From Nitrospirales bacterium (lineage in GTDB: Bacteria > Nitrospirota > Nitrospiria > Nitrospirales > UBA8639): a stretch of DNA of 64,000 nt. This document shows, one piece after another, positions 1-12,220 of the stretch. A program made the position numbers and the translations under genes. The DNA is taken from assembly GCA_965203295.1 (NCBI GenBank), contig CBDBCZ010000018.1, positions 768,001 to 832,000 on the forward strand, read 5' to 3'. The first letter of the stretch is position 1. Every line of letters begins with the position of its first letter. Below the pieces are notes generated by a model. It made no database searches, had not been told where the DNA came from, and was given only the letters and a program-made list of their open reading frames with translations.

Positions 1-625
1 CGTCAACCCCAGTACTGTATTGTTCACCACAGTTCTGTATTTGCAGTACAGCATGCTTGTTCACTGAAATATACAGTACTGTGAGTTCCTTTCATCCACC
101 CATGCAGTGTACAATAAAGGGGAAGAATAAATATTATTGTGATCAGGATGGTGAAACACCTGGGTGTCTTGTGCTTTTTCTTAACTGGAGATCTTACAAG
201 CTCCGTATGTGTATGTGGGTGCTTTGTCATTGTGCTACGACAGCAATATGTGAATATCATTTTTTCAAAGTGGGGCTACGTGGGCACCCCTTGTTTGAGT
301 TTTAGGGCCATAACTCCACCTGCTTCTACCACCCATGTTTTTGCAGAATAGGAATCTCTCCAGGAAAAAAAAAAGTTTTTTAAGACCGTGTCAGGATGAT
401 ATCCCCCCAAATTAGCATAGATCACGCATGGGTACAAGTGGAGTAGAAAGCCCACTTTTTAAGGCTAGGCCCAACCGGAAGTGAGGAATATTGAAAACTC
501 ATTACCGTGTACAGTTTTGATGCACATAGCTTGGCAACACTCATTTTTTGCCGGCTGGCTGCAACTGACGTTGTGTGTGTGTGGATATTGTATTGTGCTC
601 CATAATGTTAATATCTGAATTGTAA

Positions 626-823
626 ATTGGACTGGGATTTACAAATGTCAGTGGGGATTTACAAACAAATACATGTATATTGGTGTGGGTTTACAATATT
701 GGTGGATATAGAAATAACAATAGGGGTTTACAATTATCAGTGGGATTTAAAATGTCAGTGGGTTTTGCACATGTCAGTGGGATTTCCAAATGTTAGTGGA
801 GATTTACAGTTATCGGTGGGATA
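626..823. repeat. Degenerate ~20-bp tandem repeat (GTGGGATTTACAAATGTCA-like)
   Basis: Repeated GTGGGATTT(A/C)CA..TGTCA units visible by eye; explains the spurious ORF 627-824. Confidence 0.7.
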
Positions 824-2711
824 ATCTGTGGAACTCGACGCACAAGTCACGATTTCACATGTCTGTTTACTGTACATGAATGTTCACTCAAATGGCACCC
901 CATAATTTAAACAAGTTGAGTTGAACATAAAGTAACACTTCTGAGGTCTACAGACATCTCAAGTGCTCGGAGTAATTGCTGCTCTACACTTGCGCCAAGC
1001 CTGGGAAAAATTGTATGTAACGGTTCTGCGAACACAACGAGGCCTGGACGATTGCTGCGCCATCTGATTGTAAACTCTGCCACTTCACTCTCTTCTACTA
1101 AAAGTTAAAGGTAGAAAAAACAGTGATGATAGATTTATTTGGAGTGCATTTTACTGTAAGTCCTAGAGAAGGGTGCACTGTTGGCAGCAGCTGTAAGCTG
1201 TAAAGCCACAGCTAGGTATAGTATAGGATTATTATTATTATCAAGTGTAATAAACTCTCCTAATTTTAGGGTGTGAGAATTGCAATGGGTATGATCATAA
1301 AAAGCTTTTGTGTAAAGCAGTTGTGAATTTTAGCAGTGAATTTGATTGCATTCTGTGTTGAAGGCTCTGAACAACAAGGCTAGTAAACATGATATAGCTA
1401 GATATAGGTAGCTACTTTAGCAGTAATCTGAATGCAACTCTGTGAACCATGGCCACTTGAATGAGTTCAAGAATGGATAACCATGCTCCATTATCCACGG
1501 TTCAAGTAGCAGTTAAGTAAGCATGAAAGCATCAATTTACACACAGTGTAGAGAGTGTGTGTACTAGTTCATGAACAAGGGAAAAATTTAGTGAGCATTT
1601 TGAGCTCCTTGTAAGTAGGTCAGCGCATGAGACCAAAATTTTAATACTTGTAGATGTCTTTGCGGATGGGTTGTGACTTCTGTTATGGAAATGCCCATAT
1701 TTTTTCAATCAGATTTTCCTAATAATAGCTGCCCTCGCTTAAAATTGTATCCTCACTGAGTCCAAAAGTGCTGCACAAAATAGTGGCAACACTCGACTAG
1801 TACTGTGGCGTATAACAGAACGAATGATGTAGCTACAACTGAAGTAGAGTAAACTGTACGGACAACTGCTAGCAAGCAACGTTTTAAGTGCTACGTAGCA
1901 GTTAAACTTTGCTAGCTCACAGTTATTCATTGTAAGAATGAGAGAAACTAGAACGGTGTGCTGCTCACCAATCTACACTTTCAGCCAAAAGAAACGGCTG
2001 GCATTGTACTTTGTGATGACCTAACATCACGAAGTGAGCAGCTACACCACAGCAGCTTAGTAGACCTATACTACTGCTACCTATACGCCATGCACCAAGC
2101 TACAGGCACTTACTTATATACTGCACGAGACCATGTGATGGTTTCTCTTGGTACATTTTTGTTCACCTTAGGTTTCTTTTAGCTAAGGCTTGTAGTGGAC
2201 CTAATAGAATATTCTCACCTGGCGATCATTGACCATTCTTAAATGATAATACACATGTTCTAGTAGGTATAAATGTTGTGTCTACCTGTGTGCATCTGCA
2301 ATACGTATGTCACTTTAAAAACTGGCTGTATTTCATGATGGGACTTTATGATTCTCGCAAAGTTGAGGCACGGGATGCTGTGCAGTATTTATTACGAGCT
2401 AATCAAACACCATTTCGAGGAATTCTCAGAAGTGTTAGCTGAATAGCTATAATATGTTTTTGAATCTCATGTGGAGGAGGCTAGCTACATTAATGTGAAT
2501 GTGGCCACAGCTAGCTATTTTTCTATCATGATTGTAACAACAGGTTTATGAGAACGATACTGCATTTTCCATGTAACCACAACCAAAACCTTACTGTAAG
2601 CTTCTCCTTCCATGAATGAAGGGAAACCATTAGTGACAGAAAAGACTAAATTGCTTATTCTCATTCACACAGGATACTGATTTAGAAATCAAGTTGCTTA
2701 GGAACGTACAC

Positions 2712-5700
2712 ATGGTCATGGTCCATGTTTTCAAAGCACTACTGCTGACATGGCAGAAGCTCTTACTGATTGTCATGCTGGTAACCTCATGCTCTGGTCA
2801 GAGTACCTACTATGTCACACCCACACCAGACACACCATGTCCTGGAGAGCCCTGCCACACCCTCTCCCAATATGGTGAGCAGTACTTCAAGAGTAAAGCA
2901 AATGCAACGCTGGTGTTTCTTCCTGGTGATCACACTCTCAACTTCACCATCTCAGTGGGGTCTCTCTCTCATTCTTGGGATGATGGACAGCTGGGTCACT
3001 ACTACCCTTCCTCTTCCCTCAGTCTGCTTGGAAGCCCCACCTCCCTTCCAAAGATTACTAGCAGGATAGTGTGCACATGGCCAGCTGGTTTTCTGTTTTC
3101 AGGCATCACTGAAGTGCAAATCAATGCTTTGGCCTTCATCACATGTGGACATAATGACAGTGCAGCTCTAAATATTCTGTCAGTGTGGAATATCAGTATA
3201 TCAAACTGTAGTTTTCAAAACAACACAAACAATCGGCCTGAATTAAGTGATTATGGGTTTGGAGGTGCCATTCATGTACACCGTAGTAATCTCAATCTTG
3301 CAGAAAACACATTTCAACTGAATGTGGCATATAGGGGTGGTGCAATTGACATCTCCACAGGCACTACTGTCACTTTTTTAAGAAACATATTTCTAAAAAA
3401 CTCAGGTGATTTTCTTGGAGGTGCTCTTTTTGCAGATACAAATAACACCCTCATTTTCTCAGGGAACATATTTCGGGGCAACTCTGCCAGAAATGGAGGT
3501 GCTCTTTGTATATTTACAAACAGCGCCATAACCCTCACGGAGAACACATTTCATGACAACTCAGTTGGCTTTTGGGGAGGTGCTCTCTTTACACATACGA
3601 AGAACTCCCTCACCCTAACAAAGAACACATTTTATGACAACTATGCTGACATTTCTGGTGGTGCTGTCCATACATTAAGAAGGAACACCCTCACCCTTTC
3701 AGCGAACACATTTGAGGGCAACTCTGCCTTTGGTGATGGAGGTGCTCTTTTTATAAATACAAACAACACCTTAAACCTCTCAGAGAATACATTTCAGGAC
3801 AACTCGGTTTTTTATCCCCGCGGCCGAGGTGGTGCCCTTCATGTACTTCAAAACAACATCGTATTTGTCTCCGAGAACACATTTCAGAACAACTCTGCTT
3901 CATATTATGGAGGCGTTCTGTATGCACATACAAACAACAACCTCACCCTCTCAGAGAACACATTTCAGGACAATTCTGCTGATTCTAGTGCTGGTGCTCT
4001 TTTATCATATGCAAACAACACCCTCACCCTCTCGGAGAATACTTTCAAGGGTAATTCCGCCGTCGATGGAGGAGCCCTGGCAATACTACAAGGCACAATA
4101 TTGTATCTCGCTAACAATAATTTCACAGGAAATACAGCTGAGTCCAATGGTGGTGCAATTCTTTGCCTTATTAATAGCACTTTACAAGTACATGGGCGTC
4201 ACATAGTGTGGAATAATACAGCTCTACGTGGTGGGGGTATTGCTGCATTAGGATGCCAAGTAGTTCTTTCTGGAGATATTACACTTGAGAACAACACAGC
4301 CTATTATGGTGGAGGATTATATGTTCAACAATCAGAAGTCAGTGCATATGCACACTTCGGTAATAATTGCGCTCGTGGAAGTGGAGGTGGAATTTATGCA
4401 TCAATAAGTAATTTACATTTCAAAAAGTATGTTGTGTTTGATGGAAATTCTGCATTGAATGGCGGTGGGCTGCTTTTGTCTGACAGTTCTAAACTTTACT
4501 TTTGGCCAAATACAACTATTCATTTTACCAAAAACTTCGCCCTGCAAAAAGGAGGAGCAGTTCAAGTTGCAAGAAAAAATCCCTTGGATCGCTGTGCTGA
4601 AGAATCCAAATCTTGTCAATTTTTTTTTGGGAGGGAATGTTTCTTCCAAATCTGGACTGCAAGACGCTACGATATTTCTACAAATATTGATAACATAACT
4701 GAACTACACAATATCAGAATATACTTTCAAAATAATACAGCTCTTGAAGCAGGTCCTGTGTTGTATGGTGGTTCAATTGATACCTGTAGTCTTAGCCTCT
4801 TTAGCCCACAGCTTGCGAGCTTGATTCAAACCTATATTTGTCCCAACAGTGGTGAAATATTTGACAACATAACTAACTATGCTGAACAATCTGAAGGCAT
4901 TTCTTCAGATCCACTGTACATCTGCTTGTGTGAAGGTGGCATACCAGACTGTAACAGTAGTGCCATTGCTAGATCAGTGTATCCCGGAGGAACAGTAGAA
5001 GTTGACGTAATAGCTTATGGACAGCGGAATGGAGCAACTCCTGCTGTGGTGCAAATGATCACACCCGGAGATGAGATCACAACTAAGAAGATTGAAAATA
5101 CTCAGAACATCACGAAAGTGTGTACTTCCCTCAATTACACCGTGCAGACACGTACAGAAGGAAGGAATTACAAAATGTCTCTGTATATAGGTCCCTGTCC
5201 AGCTAAAGAAAGGACCGATTTGTCAGGACCGAGTAATGTTATTACTGTGAATGTCACTATATTAGATTGTCCTCCTGGTTTTGAAATTTCCCATTATGAA
5301 CCACGTTGCAACTGTGCACAGAGACTTCAAAGATATACAAACACATGCCAGATATCTGACAGGAAAATAGAGCGTGCTACTGATCATGAGTTTTGGGTTG
5401 GATACGAACAAGACAACACTCTACCCCAGGGTTTGATTCTTCATCCTCATTGCCCTTTTGATTACTGTACATCTAATGAACTGTATTTAACAGTTGATGA
5501 CAGTGATGAACAGTGTATTAACAACCGAGCAGGCCTACTGTGTGGAAAATGTGCTCAAAATTTTAGCCTTGCACTGGGCACCAACCGCTGCTTGCAGTGT
5601 TCTAATGGTCGTCTCTGGCTCATAGTGGTATTTGCTGTTGTTGGTGTGGCATTAGTGCTTCTACTTTTAGTACTGAGACTAACTGTAGCTGTTGGTACAA

Positions 5701-6857
5701 TAAATGGACTGATTTTCTATGCCAATATTGTTGCAATGAACCCGGCAATATTCTTTAGAACACATACTAATGTTCTGACAGTCTTCATAGCCTGGCTTAA
5801 CTTAGATCTAGGAATTGAAACTTGCTTCTATGATGGCTTGGATGCCTATGCTAAAGCATGGCTGCAGTTTGTGTTTCCTTTCTATGTGTGGGCACTTGTA
5901 GGTGTCATAATCATCATTAGTCACTACTCCTCAAAGGTGGCTACCATTCTTGGAACTAATCCAACCGCAGTTCTCACAACACTCTTTCTGCTATCGTACA
6001 GTAAACTTCTCCGGGCAGTCATTATAGCTCTTTCTTACACACTCCTGGAATATCCAAACAGCTCAAAAGTTGCTGTGTGGCTCCATGATGGAAATATTGG
6101 ATATCTCAGCAAAAGGCACATTCCCCTATTTATAGGAGCATTGTTTTTCTTCATTGGCTTATTTCTGCCCTACACGCTATTTTTGTTCTTTAGCCAGTGG
6201 CTTCGGTCTAAGTCTGGACAGTGTAGAATATTTTCATGGGTCAATAACTACAGAGTGATACCTTTTCTGGAAGCATACCATGCACCTTATACTGATAAAC
6301 ACCGTTACTGGACTGGACTGATGCTTCTAGTTCGCTGTGCTCTGTTCCTTCTGTTTGCTGTCAATGCTCTTGGGGACCCCAGTGTTAACCTCCTGGGTAT
6401 TGGCTTTGTTTCTGCTATACTTCTAATTGTCTATGCACTGCTGGGAAATAGAATTTATAAAACTTGGGGCTTAAATACATTGGAACTGTCTTTCATTGCC
6501 AATCTATGCACCCTTGCATTGGCAACTTTATATATTCGTTCCTCAGGAGGTAACCAGGATGCTGTTACATTCACGTCTACCGGCATAGCCTTTGCCACAT
6601 TCATTGGCATTGTTATTTACCACTCAGTTCAGCAGATCAAACATTCTCCACAGCTGTGGAGGAAAATATTCCCACACTATGACACCTATGTGCTTGTCCC
6701 ACAAACTGATGAAAACTCTGACCTCGAGGGCGTGCCTCCACCAAGTCCACCAGACCCATCAGATGGTACTGCAACGGTGGCACATATCAACATCCGTGAT
6801 TTGCTTCATCTGGCAGCGAATGAACTTCGAGAGCCATGCCTAGAAATGGATAACTGA
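2712..6857 (+). CDS. Pmp-like beta-helix repeat / Cys-rich / ~7TM membrane protein, paralog A
   Basis: 1387-codon open frame. First ATG at 2712 follows a splice acceptor (cacacag|gatac, ~2671). Signal peptide, then YYVTPTPDTPCPGEPCHTLSQY, ~17 GGA(L/I) motifs alternating with FxxN, a Cys-rich region (CPFDYC, GLLCGKC), hydrophobic segments with GTINGLIFYANI and WLNLDLGIETCFY, and C-terminal LREPC. Confidence 0.9.
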   Translation: MVMVHVFKALLLTWQKLLLIVMLVTSCSGQSTYYVTPTPDTPCPGEPCHTLSQYGEQYFKSKANATLVFLPGDHTLNFTISVGSLSHSWDDGQLGHYYPSSSLSLLGSPTSLPKITSRIVCTWPAGFLFSGITEVQINALAFITCGHNDSAALNILSVWNISISNCSFQNNTNNRPELSDYGFGGAIHVHRSNLNLAENTFQLNVAYRGGAIDISTGTTVTFLRNIFLKNSGDFLGGALFADTNNTLIFSGNIFRGNSARNGGALCIFTNSAITLTENTFHDNSVGFWGGALFTHTKNSLTLTKNTFYDNYADISGGAVHTLRRNTLTLSANTFEGNSAFGDGGALFINTNNTLNLSENTFQDNSVFYPRGRGGALHVLQNNIVFVSENTFQNNSASYYGGVLYAHTNNNLTLSENTFQDNSADSSAGALLSYANNTLTLSENTFKGNSAVDGGALAILQGTILYLANNNFTGNTAESNGGAILCLINSTLQVHGRHIVWNNTALRGGGIAALGCQVVLSGDITLENNTAYYGGGLYVQQSEVSAYAHFGNNCARGSGGGIYASISNLHFKKYVVFDGNSALNGGGLLLSDSSKLYFWPNTTIHFTKNFALQKGGAVQVARKNPLDRCAEESKSCQFFFGRECFFQIWTARRYDISTNIDNITELHNIRIYFQNNTALEAGPVLYGGSIDTCSLSLFSPQLASLIQTYICPNSGEIFDNITNYAEQSEGISSDPLYICLCEGGIPDCNSSAIARSVYPGGTVEVDVIAYGQRNGATPAVVQMITPGDEITTKKIENTQNITKVCTSLNYTVQTRTEGRNYKMSLYIGPCPAKERTDLSGPSNVITVNVTILDCPPGFEISHYEPRCNCAQRLQRYTNTCQISDRKIERATDHEFWVGYEQDNTLPQGLILHPHCPFDYCTSNELYLTVDDSDEQCINNRAGLLCGKCAQNFSLALGTNRCLQCSNGRLWLIVVFAVVGVALVLLLLVLRLTVAVGTINGLIFYANIVAMNPAIFFRTHTNVLTVFIAWLNLDLGIETCFYDGLDAYAKAWLQFVFPFYVWALVGVIIIISHYSSKVATILGTNPTAVLTTLFLLSYSKLLRAVIIALSYTLLEYPNSSKVAVWLHDGNIGYLSKRHIPLFIGALFFFIGLFLPYTLFLFFSQWLRSKSGQCRIFSWVNNYRVIPFLEAYHAPYTDKHRYWTGLMLLVRCALFLLFAVNALGDPSVNLLGIGFVSAILLIVYALLGNRIYKTWGLNTLELSFIANLCTLALATLYIRSSGGNQDAVTFTSTGIAFATFIGIVIYHSVQQIKHSPQLWRKIFPHYDTYVLVPQTDENSDLEGVPPPSPPDPSDGTATVAHINIRDLLHLAANELREPCLEMDN

Positions 6858-7599
6858 CCATTATGAAAAAAAATGAAACAGTATCAATGCTTGGAATGGT
6901 GTTCACTGAGCAAAGTTTCCATTACATAGCTGCCACCAATTCGCATTGAAAACTCTATTGGTTTGTAAACATTAACTTTTATGATTTGTGCTTTTATTAA
7001 CTTTGCTTCTTTAGCCAATACACAATACTACTGTTTGAATAATTATTGCTACTGTTTACTGTTTCCATTACTTTGTTATTTCTAATGATGAGGACTCAAG
7101 TGTAAAGCATGTACATGATCTTGACTGTACTGTATTGCCATTCCCTATTGAAAGACATTGGTGAATAAAGCAGTATCATGATGAATACAACACGCGTACA
7201 TGAGTTGGTGATTCAGCGCTACGCTTAACTTCAGTAATAATTATTATTGTTTGTATAACAGTTTTTGCATATATACAATGGACACAAAAATAGCAGCTTA
7301 TTAATATTCATGTGCCCAGAGGCTTTGTGTAGAATGAAGCATCAGTATCAGTCCTTTCGCCAAAAAAACTGGCTTCTTTCAAAGTGACTAAACCACTCCT
7401 TTACAACGCATGAACTAATCTAGTGCTAGAAATTCTATTCCAAAAATTTTCAATGAATCTGATTTAGTGCAAACAAAACTGAAATTAATTTATTGGCTTG
7501 CGTAATAAAAGAATAAAGACGATAATTGTATTGATGACGCCAAAGAAGGTAGATTGTTTTGACAAGCGCTACGTGGTAGTAAAGACGGCCAAAAGTTAA

Positions 7600-8470
7600 C
7601 TAAGCAGTGCTTACTACGTGTACCTAGCTATATACAAGTGCAAACTTGGTGTTGTGAAACTTTTGTATTGTTCTGGACTAAGATCCAAGCCACCTTTCTA
7701 CATCTAGCTATCATCCTACAGCTGAAAATAAGTAAGGAAGAGTTGTTGAGACCAGGTATTTCACTATAAACTGTGTAGGCCAATTATTGTAAGCTGGGCA
7801 ATAGCTAAAGCTGATAGCAGTATTCTGTGTTGAAGACTACCTATACCATAAGAACAGCTAACATGATATGGCAAACTACGTAGCTACTAGCTTCTGCATT
7901 AATCTCAATTAATGCAACACAGTGAACCATGGCCTCTTGAATGAGTTCAACTACAACTATAGCGGAGGGTGAAAGCATGCATTCATTTACACATTTGTAG
8001 TTATACAGAGTGCATACTATTTCACAAAACATTGTCAATCAGCATTTTGACATCTTTGTTGGATTTTTGTTGTCCCGCTAGAACTGATTTATTGTATATT
8101 GGTATGGTGCTGATCCCCGTATGTGGCCTCCTTTGAGTGCTATAAGCATTGGAAAAAGTGGTTACCAATGTAATGTACATTAAGTAGCTAGGTCGGAGCA
8201 CGAGACAAAAAATTGTGACGATTGTGATGTCTTCGGTACTGGGTTATGAGCTCTGACTAGCGACACTACCGTTTATTGCTGCAATTAGATGCCGCCCTCC
8301 ATTATTAGATTTATGCCCTCTCTTGAAATTTTAGCATCGCAAAGTCCAAAATTTCTGCTAAAAATAGTGGCCGCCCTCAACTAGTAGCTACCACAGCATA
8401 CAACAGCAACAACTAACCAGTCAAGGCAGCTATAGCTAAAGTAGAGTAGTACTTGAGGCTTTGCTAGCTA
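7600..8470 (+). repeat. Diverged duplicate of the region upstream of paralog A (~1100-1910)
   Basis: Collinear shared blocks, e.g. GTGAACCATGGCC.CTTGAATGAGTTCAA (1442 vs 7922) and AAAATAGTGGC...CTC.ACTAGTA (1777 vs 8361). Boundaries approximate. Confidence 0.7.
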
Positions 8471-8919
8471 ACAGTAATTTTTTCTCTTTACGTATGGAGG
8501 TCTGCTAAGGGATAAATACCAGAAGGAGGCTGCTATATTATGGTACACTAACAAATGAAAGTGCAAAATAACTATAAAAATATTCCTGAAATGGTAAAAA
8601 TTGGTAATGGTTTGGCGAATATTGCCCCCCAAAAAACTTGCTGTTGGTAGCTAGGTACCCCATTGTCAATAGAAATTATCAGGCAAGAGAAGGTTCGTAG
8701 GGCAATCAAAGTTTCCATCATTGGAAAACACAATGCTACTTCTCCAGCAAGCAAAAATGCATCGTTTTTGCAAAAGAAATAGCCTGGCATTTACTAATGC
8801 TCCACCTTATTTCGTAAAGAATCGCTGCAATGGAAACAGTAAAGTTTGCCAAGCTTTCCTTTTCTTGGCAAAGATCTCACCTTTATTGGAAATGATGTAT
8901 CCAAAAAGAGAGATTTTAT

Positions 8920-9176
8920 GCTACTCCAGCTGGCCTAATATTTGTATGAGTAATATGAGTTGTGATTGCAGTTAAGATTAGAGTAGTTTTGAAGGTGATT
9001 TAGATTTTACATTTAATATTATCCTAACTGAACTTGCTATAGTTAATTTTAGGAGTTGGTGTGTGATTACGGTGACTTACAACACATAACCTTACAATAA
9101 TCGCCTTGCTGATCAGCTTCCCTTTGTACTGCACTCAATACACCTACTAAATCAAGACTACTACATCAAGCCTACT
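8920..9176 (+). pseudogene. 5' fragment of a paralog-B-like gene (upstream region plus signal-peptide coding sequence)
   Basis: ACAATAATCGCCTTGCTGATCAGCTTCCCTTTGTACTGCAC...CTACATCAAGCCTACT matches 12290-12358; CTACTCCAGC and TGTGATTGCA match 12051-12112. Homology stops at the telomere-like tract. Confidence 0.8.
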
Positions 9177-9292
9177 AACCTCACCCTCACCCTCATGTAC
9201 CGTCACCCTCACCCTCATGTACCATCCATCACCCTCACCCTCACACTAACCCTAACCCTAACCCTTACCACAACCCTTACCCTAACCTTAAC
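9175..9292 (+). repeat. Interstitial degenerate telomeric repeat, (CCCTAA/CCCTCA/CCCTTA)n
   Basis: CTAACCCTAACCCTAACCCTTACC, ACCCTCACCCTC etc. Confidence 0.75.
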
Positions 9293-11574
9293 TTGCTGGT
9301 AGTCATTCAGCTGTCCACTCTCTGTTGGGAAAGAGCAGCATGAGTGGCTCAAGTGACAGATGGCAAGCCTTACTCAGCTACTAAACCCACTAGGGCCTTC
9401 ATGTAGTAACATCTTACTACAATAGAATGTGTGCTCGTTCACTATATGCATTTGTGTGGCTTCATGCTCCCTCACTTTCCTTCACTCCTGTTACAAGACA
9501 TAGCTACTGGAAGCGATTGGAGCCATTTGAAATTACAGACAATAGACTCTTAATTGCAGAGCTGACAGAGGTACGCCAGCTTCTTCTTAGTACAACACAT
9601 GAGGAGAGCCCGGTCACCACTGCTAGTAGAACCAACTGTCACCAACATTGCATTTTGCACCAATTGCAACATGCAACAGCATAGTGATCGCTACCATGCC
9701 TGACCTTACTAATATCACATAGACATGCAGAGGAGACAACATAGACACATTGCTAGTATTTTTCATTTTTAAAGTACCTCAGCAACGCTTTACAGTGTTA
9801 GCTATTGGGTTGTAAGACTGAAAAGTACCGATAGTAAGAAAGGCTTCTTAGAATGCAATTAGTGTCTCCATGTATGAAAAACAATTATCAGTGGGGCTTT
9901 TAGGAGGTACAAACTTTACATTTGTTGCTACGTTGGAATCTGAATCTATAGAATTGAAATATGCAATTCAATAGCTACTACTATAAATTCTGGAAGTGAT
10001 TGTTTATGGTTTCACTGTAGTTTCACCATCTCTAAGCCTCGATTATGAACAACACTTTAATAGTTCACAATCACAAGTTACAGCAGTGATAACTTCAGCT
10101 GCGAGATTTTGCATCAAGAAAGTATCCAGTGAGTCAATAAAGCATCAGATTGCCGAAGTTACAGCAGTGTTTTTGGTTCTCTCAGAAGGTAAGTTGGTTA
10201 TAGCTATCACACACCGCTTCGATCTTAATGTAGCAGTTTTACAGCTAAGTTACATGCATGTTTTGCCATTCTAAAGAAAATTGCTCCTAAGAAAACTCAT
10301 GATTCTCAATAACTCTATCATTACCACACAAGCATATTGCTTCACGCAAACACACTAATGTACTCAATGATTCTCTCACCCCTGAAATACGGAAAGATAA
10401 AGTTTTAGGACAATCATGAAATAAGAAAGAGCATGTAGGGATGAATTTGTAAAGAAGGTAATGAATCAAGGTAGGAATGACATCACAGAATTTTCATGGA
10501 TTACTTTCTCTACATCCTGCCAACCACATGCACACCACAATACCCTCCATGCTACTTATGATCTTGTAATAATTGAAACCAAAGCATGGTGTATAGCTCC
10601 TGTACCCACATGGCTACGTAGCAGTAAAACAACAGCATGCATACTGAAGATCGGTCTTTACCTACTATTACACTGATATTGAGCACAAACAAAGCTTTTC
10701 AAAAGAGTTAGTTAAGTTGTGGCTGGCTTGCACACGTGTATACTATATAGTCTGTGCATTTGCTTGTCACGTAATGTATCAATATTATTGTTAAAAGTTT
10801 CAGTACTGTTGGTTTCAAAGTGTATGATGTGTAGCAAAATATTCTATTATAAAGTGTCACTACCAGACATCTTGGTGAGAAAAAGGGAAAGCTTTGGACA
10901 GGCAGTATTCATAACAGAAAATTTAGGGAATGTAAAGCTATTTTTTGGTGAATAATGCGCAGTAATAGTGGCAAACATTCACCTTTGTGGCCAATGTTCT
11001 ACTGGGAGTGAATAATACGAATTTTCAAATGGAAAGACATTCTTTACCAATGTTTTTAATTTTATTAACAAAAACAAATAACTTTTACTATCAATGACCA
11101 GGTGCCAAAAATTACCACTGGCATAAGGAAACAGCCTATTTTACCATTTCAATGTCAATGACTGCTGATTTATGTCCATTATTCGTTAGATAAAGCATTA
11201 TCAAAGATTGGACTTTCTTTGCCAAAATATTGGTAATGAAATGGCAAATTTGGGCAATGACTTAGCAAATACTGCCAAAAGAAAACTTTTTTGTTGGTAC
11301 ACCCACTATCAGTGGGAGTTCGAGCAAAAAAAGTTTTTGCAATGTAATTTGTTTGGCAATGAAAGCCCTTTCTTTTGTAATGAAAGATGTTAGTTGGATA
11401 ATAGAACAGCGTTATATTTTGGCTAAAAAATTCCTTCCATTGGCAAACTTGTACCATTCCTTGTCATTGCCAAGGAAAGCAAATGCTTTGCTGTTCCTGC
11501 CAATTCTTCGGTTGCAAAATTATTTGCACACTGAATACAGGTTAGACACCAAGGTAGAGGTATCTCAGGTTAAT

Positions 11575-11752
11575 GTACATTACCATGGCAACCACTTTTT
11601 CCCACGCTTATAGCACTCAAAGGAGGCCACATACAAGGATCATTGTTATACCAATGTACATTAAATCAGTTAAAGATCAGTTTGGGTGAGGGGTTAAATT
11701 CCTCTTCGCCTCGGACTTTAAATTCCCCTCACCCAAACTGACCTTTAACTAT
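11575..11752. mobile_element. Dispersed hairpin-containing repeat (MITE-like); copies at 30746-30925 and an inverted partial copy at 8085-8180
   Basis: Near-identical TACATTACCATGGCAACCACTTTTCCCACGCTTATAGCACTCAAAGGAGGCCACATAC, followed by the hairpin TCAGTTTGGGTGAGGGG...CCCCTCACCCAAACTGA. Confidence 0.8.
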
Positions 11753-11899
11753 TACATAATAGATACCGAGCACAGCGATCTATTGACTGAGATGCCGACT
11801 CAGAGGTGTCTAACCGATTTAGACCTAGTGTTATGACAGCTGTGCAAGCCATTGATCTATTTGAAGTTTAGCGGCTTCAGCTGTGACAGGCAAATCATG

Positions 11900-12010
11900 A
11901 ATAAAGATGAGGTATCTAAATCTGATAGATACCGGCTGGCAGGTATCTATTGGATTTAGATACCTCATTAAGCTGGCATACTTCAAAGGGTATTATTCAT
12001 GACTAGGTCT
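11900..12010. repeat. Palindromic dispersed repeat; related copy at 52545-52690 with an internal 41-bp duplication
   Basis: GAGGTATCTAAATC...GATTTAGATACCTCATTAAGCTGGCATACTTCAAA shared between the two loci. Confidence 0.7.
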
Positions 12011-12220
12011 AAGAATAGTTATGTACATTGGTCTGTTAAAATGTCTGTGTCTACTCCAGCCTGCATAATGTTTTACATGTCTATAGCATTTATGTTATAA
12101 GGTGTGATTGCAAGATCACAAGTTAGGACTAGGAGTAACTGATTTACATTTATTTTCCTAAGCTTACTATGTTAAGTATGTACATCTAGGACTATAACAA
12201 GGCTCAAGAGAATAAAAGAT

